A stretch of 64,000 bases of DNA. Source: Tubiluchus corallicola (taxonomy: Eukaryota; Animalia; Priapulida). The stretch is taken from NCBI GenBank assembly GCA_030141605.1, contig JAQGDQ010000080.1:248001-312000 (forward strand), read 5' to 3'. Numbering within the stretch: position 1 is the first letter of the stretch; each line of letters opens with the position of its first letter. The notes under the pieces were generated by a model, which was given only the letters and a program-made list of their open reading frames with translations, had not been told where the DNA came from and ran no database searches. The position numbers were made by a program, and so were the translations under genes. Below, piece after piece: positions 26,504 to 39,200 of this stretch.

Positions 26504-26924
26504 TTATCTGTGGTTTAGCTGTTGAGTGTTTCTTTTCGCGGTCACGTTTTGGTTGTTTAGGGGATTTACAGCTGAAGAGTGCTCAGCCCAACTAACTTCC
26601 CAAAATGACTTGGGGCATAGTAGTCGTGTGAAAGCTTCACGAAACATTTGATGTGTGACACCATAAATGATGAAATTGATACCACTGTTGGTGAAGTGTG
26701 CTACTTGGATAATAATAGCGTGCCAGATTTTAGGAGCCCTATCATGAACATCTACTACTACAGTCAGGGCGTATATGCCCCACGTGGAGAAGAAAACCAT
26801 GAAGATGAAAAAAAGTGTTCTTGCCAAACGAATCTCATCTCGTTGAGCACGAGCACTTAATACCAGTTCTTTCGAACCGGACTGCATGTTCTGCCAAATC
26901 TGCCTTTTCTTCTGGCTGACAAAA
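26504..26924 (-). CDS. GPCR B coding exon 5 (ICL3, TM6, TM7, C-terminal tail)
   Basis: Acceptor tttctttgcag; EIRLARTLFFIFMVFFSTW...NSGINFIIYGVTHQMFREAF; TAA stop. Confidence 0.93.
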
Positions 26925-29900
26925 CTGCAAAGAAATAACTCGAATTAAAACTCAAGAACACAAATTTCTTTCATTACTAGTTTTGTAGGCAACACGACCG
27001 TTGTATACATCGTAAATACTGCTCTTAAGGTTGATTTGAGAAAATACGACACCCAAGTTTGGTAGCTCAAAGTGTCATTCAAAATGTTAGCGGGCAGTAA
27101 TCTTGGAAAGTGCCGAACTTAGGGGCACGACAAAATATCCTAATTTGGATAACTTTCAGAATGTATTGAATTAGCAGAGACTACCTTCTCCTTTCTTATG
27201 CCTAAGTTATGTCTGATAGTTCAAGTGTTATTCATGACATGTAAACTCACAATCGGCCTGCAAGGGAGACCCTGTTATTATGATTGACCTTGACCTGGCG
27301 CATCGTACTACATTATTAACATATTTTATAATCATCACTTAATATGTTTAGGGCATCCACGAAATTACTTCATCAGTTTTAGATCACGTTTTGTAACGTC
27401 ATTTTACAAATTTATGATACTACAAAGATGCTATATCGTCAAATCACTATAATACAAGGTATTCACAAGTCGAAAAAACCTGTCAAAATCTTGCTTTGTA
27501 ATAAAAAATACGGGAACTTATTGCAAGTTTGTAAAAGTTCATTGTTGTAAAAAATAACCATTTTGATATAAAAAATTGCAAAAAATATTGCCTACTACTG
27601 TAAAATTTGAGGTTAGTGTTTTTGTCAAAAACTGGCTCGCTATTATCACTAATTTTGCAAAAACCTTGGCAAATTTGTAAAGCACGACGCTGTTTTTACA
27701 AAAAGTACAGCCGCTTTTGTGAAAATGTTCATTAGTTTCTTAAAAAAATTTCTGCCCATTTTTGTAAAATACGATTGTACGAGGTTGGTGTTTTTGTTAA
27801 AAAAAATTTCCCACTTTTGTAAAAATAAATAGGCCACTAATTTCGTGAAGATGCCGATCACTTTTCTGTGAATATTGTAGATTATAACCACAGCGTTATA
27901 TTGGCTTACACGTTATGCACATTTGCACAGCTATTTTTAATTTACTGTGCTTTTCTATTATGTATTACATTGTGCTAGCATCAGGTTGGTCAATCTTAAT
28001 GCAACTTTCAGTGCAAAAACTGGGTCTAAAATGATACTGTACGTTGTGTTTCACTAATGTGAACTAGTTGAAAAAGTCATTACTGAAACGCTGCAGGATG
28101 CATGTTGTTGTTCGTTCTTAATATACTAATGATACGTTCTCACATTTGTGATAAAAATTACATGTTTGCATGTGATGACGTTAAAATATAATTAATAATA
28201 AATTTTTGTGCTTATTTTCGAGATTATAATTATGTGGTATTATAAAAATATAATTATATGACAACAATTATTTGAATTTGATGCAATCATTCAATGCATC
28301 GTTCAAACTAGAGATTTTTTATACAAATTACAGGCTAGTTTGATAAATTAAAAACCGTAATCATGTCCACCAAACGAAACTAGGTGCACTTGCTTATGGT
28401 TTCCTTTAGTCTTTACTGAACTGACTATGCGCTTTTACAATATCGTTTTTACTTCCAACACAGACTCACGTTTATATAAAAGCATCTTTCAACTGTTACA
28501 TTGATGTCATTTGGTGTGTGATGAGTCAACTGCATTATAATATGTTCTTACATAAGGGTAAGAAAAAGGTTTTAATAATTACCTTTATCAAATGTGAAGT
28601 GAATTTAACATTGAAGTAAAGTGTTGTGTTATATTTTTATATATAAGATTTTTTCAGCCGTAGGAAGCTATAGTAAACTTACAGAAAAATTTTTAGATAG
28701 CAGATGAAGATGACAATGCCTGGAATAAGTACTGATATAACAGCAAAGAACACCGTGTATGTGTGTGTGTGCGTTCTATCATATAAGCAAATCATCGCTT
28801 TCTTGTCATAAGCGTTGCGACTCCAGCCTACCAGCGTGGGCAAGTCCACGAGTAAACTCAATACCCAGATAGCGACGCAGAGTATATTGGTGTTTTTCCA
28901 GGAAAAAACGCGAGAATATACTTCGTGTTTGCACAAAGCTACATATCTGCAAGAAAATATAGAATAATTATATTCAGGAACAGTGCCTTTTATAATAATT
29001 ATTATAACGCGAGTGAAACAGTGAAAATTTCAAAGAATAATAATTGAATCAGCGAATTACTGAGTGAGTAAATGAAGAAGTGAATAAGTAGGCAAGTTAG
29101 TTAGTGAATAAACGTGCGAGGAGGTGAGTGTATGCGAATGATTAAGTGAGAAACTGAAATGCCAAGTAAATATGCGTGTGAATCAAAGAGTGATTCGTAC
29201 ACAGCGTTCTGCATATGTAGGTGTTCTGTAATTACACAGAGAAATAACACTACGTCTATTATGTCAGCATTACCGACAACTTTTGACTGAGTTTGCAACT
29301 GAATGAAACACGGTTGCTGCGACTACCCAAATGCAGATCTTCGGTAGAGTTGCAACAGATGCACGTGTTCTAATAAACTATATACCCTTGGTAATTATTA
29401 TGACATTTTATTTGGCTCATTTTGCTAGCTTTACATATACTGACGCAATCACTCCCCATAGAGTTCTTTTATTATTATAAATGCATGAGCGCCAGAGTGG
29501 TATGAAAGCATGCGTTACAAATTACGTGACAGCAACAGGGAAAAGTTCCATCAAGTTCTGTGAAAAGACCCTAGTAATAGGTACATAATGAAGATAAGAT
29601 GAAGACTACAACAGTAAAGCAAATGTCTTGTTCCATTGGGACAAAGCTCACCTGGAAATGTGCGTTAATACGACCTCTGTTTTCCCAAAACAGTTAACAT
29701 TACGATAAATAAGGTTTGCTAATTCTTTTTGAAGTCGCCACACTCAATACTAAACTTGCATACTAAACTACGCAAGTTTATGCATGATACGTACATGATT
29801 TCACGAGCTGAGCCTGAAATGTCCACTAAAAGCGATCTCACTGTTCAAATCCTTTCCGACGCGATCAGAATAGGACACGAAAATTACATGTGCATAAACT

Positions 29901-32900
29901 TTGAAGACATTTGAAGCTGGACAAAGAACAAAGTGACAAAATGGTGAGGTATGAATAGGTCGACAGGAAAGCAATCCGATCCAAAATAAAAGTGAGTGGC
30001 CCTGAAACTCACCATACATAGTACATTGCTGAAGTCTAAACTGTTGCAATTTTTCAAGTTATAACCATTTAGCAATCAAGACAGTAGAATTAGTCAAATC
30101 CAAAATACAAATATCAATATTTAAAACTAACAAACAAACAAAAAATCAAAACAAATAGTACACAATATTACCAATCCTTCAAAAATAAGGTTTACTTTCT
30201 CTAAAGTTGCAGTATGTCATTAACAGATCAAAAACATTAATCATTACAAACAAGTTTACAAATGTGAGATTATCACATTGAATCACTATGCTAACAACTG
30301 GGTAAGCGCCAAAATAAATTCCAGCTAAATAACACAAACAAGAAGACAGTGAAGACACTTGAAATCCGAGTGTATTGTATTGCACTCCTTCTTATTTTGC
30401 ACTGTTATCAATAGTATTATTTTCTATCCCTCTGTTAAAATGACCATCAATTTTGTGGATTTGTTTACTAACTTGTTTACCCATCAATCTTTTGTCGTTC
30501 ATTTACTTACTCCTTTACTTGTCTACTTGCTTCGTTATTTATTTTGTTCATTCACTTACTTCCTTGCTCGTTTGTGGTTGTTCGTTCACTTATGCGTTCA
30601 ATCGTTCATTTATGATTTCTTACCTGTTGATAGCAATGGCGGTGATAGTAAAACATGACGATACACAGCTTGTCAAACAAAACACAGCAATTGCAGAACA
30701 CAACTTGGATTGGTAGTAGAAAAACTCGTATCCGTTTATAACTCCTGTAATTTGACAAAATACAGAAATTTTTCTTAGTTTATAATTAACTGCCCAATTT
30801 CTGTTTTTTTTATTCTTTCAGTTTTTGTTATTCCACTGTTTCTTTTCCCCTTTTCAAACCTTCATTATCATTAGCAGGCATAATGGTATATTTTCAAATT
30901 TTTAATTGAGCAGATCCGTATATGATACACATAAGAGGATTATGCACAATGTAATTTATTGGTATTATTTAGTATCCATTTTGTCGTTTCATTACAATAA
31001 TCAAATCATTAGTGAAGCTCAAGAACATGAACCTTATGAAACGATATCAATTACTGAAATTTGTTTCCAGTGATTCCTTTGAGCTGATTTTTAGATTTGA
31101 ATGAATGAAAAAGTTAGCAGGACTACCCTGATTAATAGTGTAGCACTGCCTGCAATCCAAATAAGGTGTTATTGTGACACTCTTTCTCTTTGACTGTAGA
31201 CCCTTTGTCACCCTATCTAGGCCTTTATTAACTGAAGATTCCTGACAAAAATCGTTTATGTATGGATCAATTTTTAGCTAGCGAGGTGCTTCACCAAGAT
31301 TCGTTTGTTGCTACTGTCCACCACAAGCTGACATTGTGTAAACATGTATTAACAAACTCTGTTGCAAAGTCCCGGATAAGGCCGTTTATGAAGATAGCTG
31401 TTATTTTGATTTTGTACACGCTGATTATGATAGTTTTGCCAATTTTTGGCATAAGATAGATTAGAACTTTTACCCTACCCAGCTGTGAATAATCTGTGGA
31501 ACTATTTTTATAGCGTAACGAGTGAGGGTATAAAAAAGTTTGTTCCATTTCGGAAATTTAAGTCAAAGAAAAAGTTGCGTCAAAACTATGTAAGAATATT
31601 ACAGCGAAGAGAAAAGCTTCTCTGGCGTTGCAGACATACCTCCCGTGGCTTAATTTAATATAAAAAACGTGCCTCGTCTCTGTCCAGAGCTATTTTTCGT
31701 TCTGAATGGGTCAAAAAATAAATAAAATATTAAATTCTTGTGACGTGAATGCAGTCTTCCAATACGTTAACTCGAAGCGCACTTATAAGAGTGGTATTGC
31801 GCCTCTTAAATTTAATTTACTGTACTGAGCAGGTCGCTAAAGCTTTTAAAGTAGCAAATATGATTTTTCGTTGCTTTGTTACGAAAAACATCGACGGTCT
31901 TTTAACATCGTATAAGTCATTCGTTTGACCTTTGTTGGAAGATTGCACCCCTGTATGGAGTCCTCATAATGTTACTATGATTGATAAATCGAGTGAGTAC
32001 AAAGACATGTTACAAAACGGTAATATGCGAAATGTGGGTTAACTTATGTTAACTATTTTAGTAGACTATACCATTTTAAACTACAGGCTCTTGAAACCAG
32101 ACGTTTTATTTTTGATACGAAAATGGTGTACAAAATTTGTCATACACTTATAGTTTTAACGATTTTTTTACCTACGCACCTAGTCTCAGATTAAAGGGCC
32201 ATAGTTACAAGTTGTACAAAAATTATTGTCGTATTGATGTTTTTAAATACTCTTTTGCAAACAGGGTGATCGATATGTGGAACAGCTTACCGTCGGAGAA
32301 TGTTAAGGCTAACAACTTACAACTTACATTCCTTTTTTTCATTTAATCTACTTATGTTTGATTTTAATCCTTTTTGGAAATTTAATAGAAATAACTAATT
32401 AATGTGGCCGCCGTAAGTGCATTCGTGCCTGGTCGCTTTCTCCCTTCCTAAAACATTAGCTAATCATATTTGTTTGTAAGATTATAATGTATATGTACAA
32501 TTGTATATTTGGATTGTATAAATCTGTAGCCTGCCTAAGTCGTCGAATACTTCACCAAAGTTTTCCCAACAAAAATTGCTTAAAGTAACTTAAAAAAGAA
32601 GTAGTCTAAGTTTTCTAAGTCCAATGTGTGTGGTTGTCTTACAGAGGAATTAATTAATCCACCAATGGCCATTGGCCACTGAATTAATTAAAAGCCATCT
32701 TGTATATGTTTTCGTTCCTGTTTATGCTTTCTCTCTGTCGGTATCTCAACAAGTGCAAGGGCTGAAGTCTTACATAACATGTTTTGCAATGACGGAATTG
32801 CAAACATCGCAATAATTGGACAGTTCCGTTAATTATTTGTCTGCAGCGCTGACAGTTGTAATCATTATTCGCTGTATTGGGTTGACATAGCATTCTTATT

Positions 32901-33151
32901 TGACAAAGCAACGATTATTTTTTGTGTGCTTTGTAAATGTATAAAATGGTATTCAAAAAAGTTAAAACTATATTTCGCCATAAGTTATTACTGAACGCTG
33001 TCGTCAGACTCGAAATCTCTAGTCACCATAATAACCGACTAATATCTCTAAAAAGGTGGAGCTCTGTTTAAAATGATATGATGACAACGAGGAGGATAAC
33101 GATGATGGTAGTGGTAATGGCGACAGTAAGAGGCAATAATCATAAACCGAT

Positions 33152-33245
<94 letters not shown>

Positions 33246-36200
33246 AAGAGAGAGAGATCGCGAAAAGCAGTACCATGTTGTATTTCCCTCTTGGTTGTAA
33301 AAAATGCAATTGTGTAGATTTTGTGGTTTTATTTCTCCGGCATATAGTGCAATTATTTACAATGGTTTCTTCTCTCAGTATGTCACTTCTGCTCACTTTG
33401 TAGTGACTGTTTCCTGCGGCCATGATTTTTTGTCCGAATCTCAAGTAAATGGAAAATTAAGACACAGTTTCTACACAATTTCTCTGCTTAGACGAGGCAA
33501 ATGAAATTAACGGCATAATTTCGCAATACGGCGCCTTATGAACCCTTCAAAAAGGCTGGCGAGGAGCCTACAGCGGTTTATGGATTACTGTTTTCGTTAC
33601 GGTAAGCAGTCCGCTGTAGGCGCAAGGCCGCAAGTGGATTATCTGTGCGACAGGGACTACTGGTTAACATACTTTCATTTTTCATGAGTCGACTCTTTCT
33701 CACGGCTCACGCAATATGGATTATGCCGAAATCTGTGAGACACGGGTCCAAATCTCATTATGACAATTATGGTATTTCTGGCGCATTATTAAAATGAGTT
33801 GAAAATTACTTTCGGAAGCAATTCTATCATTGCCTTATCCTTGTTGGGTGGTCAAGTGGCTTAAATTTCGGACACAGCCTCGCACCGTCTTGAGGTCAAT
33901 ACTACCGCCTACTAACGTCAAGACATATGCCCTACATGGTGTTCGTCATTTGTGTGCTGCGTCCTTACTTATATTGTTGTAAGTCGCTGGATAGTCGTTG
34001 GCCTAGAATGACCTAAAGAATCATTCCTGAAAGTTTGTTAGTTGCATCCATCAGTCCCCTTCTGTTCGGCTAACAGACCGGACTATTAGTCTACTTTTGT
34101 CTGTTAAATTAGTGAGGGCAAACAAATCTTGTCTTTTTAGTTTTTAACAATGTAGCCACTTCGTTTTTTAAACAGTTTGTGATGTATCCCAAGGACCACT
34201 ACTAGACTCTATCCCTTTTCTGTTATATATCAATGATATATGTTATATGTTATATAAATATATATATATATTAATGCAATATACCACATTTTACTTTATT
34301 TGCAGTTGACACTAATGAGTTTTTTACAAAAATGCTAACTTCAGTTAAATGATTACAACTGTAAACAATGAATTGAAGAAACTGGGTTAAGTTTCAAGGA
34401 AAACAATCATTGAACACTGGAAAAACCAAACTCTGGCAAGAAGTACAATCCGAATAAATCTACTGTACAATTTGATGGTGAAAAAATCGAACAAGTAATA
34501 ACTAAAAATTTTTTAGGAGTGTTCCTCTACGAAACATTGAGCTGTAAAGACCACCTTAAATTAATATTTCACAAGATATCAAAGAATCCAAGAATAATTT
34601 ATCAATCTAACATTTTCTGCCCAAACAGCATCTGCCAGTACTGTACATCTCTCTAGTTTTACCCTATTATCAATATTGTAACATTGTTTGGGGTAGCAAC
34701 TGTTTATCGAGGCAAGCTAAACATTATCTTCTTCAAAAAGGTATTGTTCAAACTATATCGTTCCTACCTAGTAAGGAACAAGCTGCACCGTTATATATTA
34801 TAATCCTTTTGTACTTACTTGTTTGTCTATTTTCCGACCCTTTTTTCCTTTTTATATGTACTAACGATAAATTGTTATCTGTTACTGTGTGCCGTACGTG
34901 GATTTTTATGAACACGTTTTTTCAACGTTATCATAGACTATTTCTGGTGGTCTTAAAAAGTCTTAAACGCTTCTTCGTCCCTAAAATTGTTAAAATTAAT
35001 ATCAATGTATTATTTTTAAATTTAAGAATTTGAACCGTTAATTTGCTGTAAAACATTGTTTCTGCCTATGTAACTGTTTTAAACAAATTATTTCAATTTT
35101 TGATTAATTAAATCTAAATGTTACAGGTTTCAACTCGTAAAAAGTTCCTTAACACTGTCTGCTATGATGCTCTTATGATATGTTCTATGCTACTTTAGAC
35201 TAGTTTCTGTAAGTCAGTCTTTGTGTTTATCCAGTCCCCATCTCAGCTAGATCTGGTAAATTTAATAAGGCCGAGAAACTGCCAACAGTAACTGATACCG
35301 CAGTACTACCCGTATAGATGACGTATACCTAGGCATATTTTGTTAAACTTGAATATTCTGGTTGACTGGCATGTGAGCTCTTATTAATTGTAGGCACTGT
35401 ACTAAGTGAAATTAGAATTTGTTGTTCACTTTAACACTGCTCCGAAGATGATATCGGTATGGACTGGCATGTGAATGGTGAGTAGATGACTTGGTGAAGC
35501 TAATGATATCTGATCATCATAATACTGCAACAATGATATCCCCGTGGAACTGGCAGACACCTGATTAGCAGACATATTTGATGCACAAGGTGAAACGTGA
35601 GGCACCAACTGCAGTAATTAACGTGTAACTTCACTACTGCAGCTATCAGCCATTGCACATTGCACTGTAATTTTTAATTTTTTAATACACCTGTAGGAAA
35701 TCTTTAGTGTCTGTGGGTTTTTGGCTGGCAAAACGTTTTTGGACATTCTTATCACGGTCTAAATAAATTTTCTCCGAAGTAGATTTTTGTACTCCAGACG
35801 ACAGTGCACACAGCTTGAAAAAAGTTATCCCCTCCCGCTAGTTGCTATTTTTTCCTAACTACTTCTGTGGTGGATTAAAAAAGTGGTGGAGCCCGAGGCA
35901 CAACAGCTAGAGGCTTGGGAGAACGTTTGTAAGCTCCCCTAACAGAGGGTCCATTGAGAGTCCCCGAAACCGATGCAATTTCTGCATTTTAGCACTTTCA
36001 GACTAATTTTTGCAATAAAAAATTTGAATTCTGGATGTTTAGATTGGTAATTACTTTTTACATTGTCTTGTAGCAAATGGTTATTTATTTCAGAGGCTGG
36101 TTTCTGAAGTACATTTATGGATCGACCTACCTTTACGCTAGGTAACTGTACTTTACTAGCGTACGGTAACTTACCTTTACTTAGTAAAACTATAAACTGC

Positions 36201-39200
36201 ATTTCCTGCATTTTAGAGGTACTAGGAGGCTAATATTAGCATATCAAGACAATATCAAGACAAGCAGTTTATGTTATTGTGAAGTGTATTTTTTTGTAAT
36301 AACTTATAGTTACTTGCGTAGGAAATTATTAAGCATTGCTGAATATCTATTTATTTTTACAATTTAGTCTAAAAACAGAACTAATTAAGCTCATGTGTAT
36401 TTGCTGGAATTCATTGACAATTAAAAGCTTGGTTTTCGAGTTATTTCCTTTTTGCTTACTCACAATTAAATTTCATCGGTATTTTATTGTGCTGGAATGT
36501 CGTCCATATACGTAACGTAAAACAAAATCCAAACGCACAGGTTTATTTCAATTGAATTATGTAATGTTGGAGAATGCTGCAAATCCCTACAGGCCACAGT
36601 TAATGAAACTACATGTGATTACAGCGATTTACTGGTATAAACTTAGTATTACGATGAATATATTATCACAAAATAGAAAAACTGGAAATTTTATGCAAAA
36701 TTTTTCCGCTTGCTGCAATCCCTCTCCGCCCACGCATCCCATCCACTGCGACAGTTATACAGCGAGTCATCACAGACTTAGATCAGCTGGGCATCTGATA
36801 TACTAACGTAGACTTTTTGCAATCGATAACATCCTTAAAACTAAATAACGGCACCATATATGGGAAGTTGCTGGTTTTAATGATTTATGAAGCTATCAGA
36901 CTGAAAGGGTTTAATTTGCTAAATTTTATTTGTGCATTATTTAAAGGTTGTCCCGAAGTTCGGTTAGAGCAGCTAGAAAGAAATTTGTTTTAATTAATTT
37001 TAGTTTTGGTGTAGGAGCTACATTTTATTCCTAGCAATGTAAATAGAATGAGGTACAAAATGTTTTAAGTTTATCATGTCATGGTCTGTGCATGTGGGGT
37101 AACTGAACGCAGATCAAATGGTAGTCGCTGGATGATCGGGCTTTTGGATCTGTCAGAGTGTCGGTTCCATGTAGTGGCGGAACGATAAGGTAACTCTTCA
37201 GAGGTGTTTTACCTTTTGTGGTGTAATTGTTCATTGGGGATTCTGTTTTCGTGTATGTGTATACTTGTAGCTACGATAAGCACCTAATAGTACGTCGCAA
37301 ATTTATGATACAAAAACTATACTAAACATGTTTTTTGACGAAAAAAAACAAGTAGTTTAAAAACGGGAAATCACCGTTCGTGATTCTCAAAGTAATTGTT
37401 GGGATTATTTTTAAAATGAAACTAAATTAGCATCGTACTTTGTGAGTATTTAAACATGGAATGAAAGCATCTTGACTTGGACAAAAAATAATGTATAGCA
37501 GATTTTCGCTGGACTATAAAATCCAATTTCAATAATAATAACTCACAGGCATTGCAAATGATAAAAATTTAAATAAAATGCTTAACTTAGCCACCCAGGG
37601 GAATGTTTGGCCAAACTCGTTGATCCCTTAAGGAAGAGCTAACTCAGTCGGTCACTTCGTAAAACAGTACTATTTTAGAATGGTATAACTAAACGACGGT
37701 TACGTCTTCATAATCACAATACAGACGATGCAGATCCACTATATAGGTAACCCTGTCAGAACTAACAGTTTATACTTCAGTAATTCAAAGTTCTGGGAGT
37801 TTTAGCGAAGTGCCCTTTTTCACCAGCGTGGTTACATCCTAGCAATTACATGAGAAGATACGACTTACATAACTGGCGTGGTTCCATGGTCTAGTTCACA
37901 GCATTCTATGCTCATGTGAAAAGTCTTGGACGTCCGTTCAGACTCACTTCATATCCACCCATTTTGGACCACCACGCGTATAGTTTTTGATCACTTATAG
38001 CTCAAGAAAAACTGTCTGACATTGAGCCGCACATGTAACAACACCGGGACTGCGCATTTGCCTTTCTTTCAGAGACTAAGTATACCTACTGAAATCACCT
38101 TTGAAGTCTGTAGTGCATATCCTACTTTTGTGAATAATATATAGTATCTTTATATAGGGACATCACACTAATCTAGCATTTTACGCTATCATTTTACATA
38201 CTTACCACAACTAATTATTGTGTACAGACAAGTGGGAAAACAGGTGCCCTTTGTTACATGATAACTCATTTCCAGTGAAGAACTCCTTGAGCAAGCTTAT
38301 ATAGTCCTAGGTTCCCTAGCTTAGAAAATCTGGTATAGATTTCAAGAACGGTAATTAACTTTACGGCAATTAATCACAAATAAAGGACGTTAGTGGCCTG
38401 TAACATTAAATCTGCTACGTAAACCATTCATTTTGCATGGCTTTAAATTTTTTAGTATAGTCTGTAAATACTTTCACAATTACAATGCCTTTTAATATAC
38501 AGTAAAGGTTAAAAGCTTATTATACTCGTATGTCATTTCCAACAGTTAGTATCTATGTCATTCGTGTGACTGATTAATGAGAACATTTCACCCTTAAAAA
38601 ACAGAAGAGGCGCATCTTTATATTTAATGATGGAACGTACCCTAATAGTAATTTGCCTCCGAGAAGGAATTTTTACCGTAATAGAAAAGATGAAATATTA
38701 AAATCGTTAGTTTTAATCTAGTTATCATGTGATTAAGTGAACGGTTCAGCTCAAATTTAATTAGCCGGGCCGATTGGATGATGCGGATTTCAAAGTAGAC
38801 ATGATTGTTAAATGTGATTAAGCAAATGAAGCAGCTCAGATTTACTAGCAGAAACGCGCAGATGTATGTCTAAAATTACTAATTAAACTTGAATAATGAA
38901 TTCTCTAATTGGCCTTTGGTATTTATTGGAAATAGCATAATGATTGCTCTTTCCGCACGAGGACGACGTTAGTTTATGTAGGTGTGCTGCAGTCATCATC
39001 AACTTTGAACAATACATATAATGTCATTTCAAGTGAGTAGTGTTACATTCTATCGAAATCCTCATTTATGTCGCATTTTACGTTACGTTTTTTTGCCACA
39101 GGCACATTAATGTGAGTCGTTATCAAAGAAACACCTTTACAGCAGCTACGATATTACAATCTCGTGATGATGACAATAGCTTGCTGCCTGAAAGTATAAG

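Noticed and set aside
26504-26924. Opsin interpretation of the GPCRs
   Set aside because: No retinal-binding lysine in TM7 (QVAHFTNS), and TM3 has NRY
28755-28772. (CA)n-like run in GPCR B exon 4 as a repeat expansion
   Set aside because: Exon length is identical to paralogue A (264 nt), so only substitutions are involved
35426-35608. 60-aa ORF in GPCR B intron 2 as an alternative exon
   Set aside because: No recognisable similarity; it ends in a stop and would truncate the receptor; no counterpart in paralogue A
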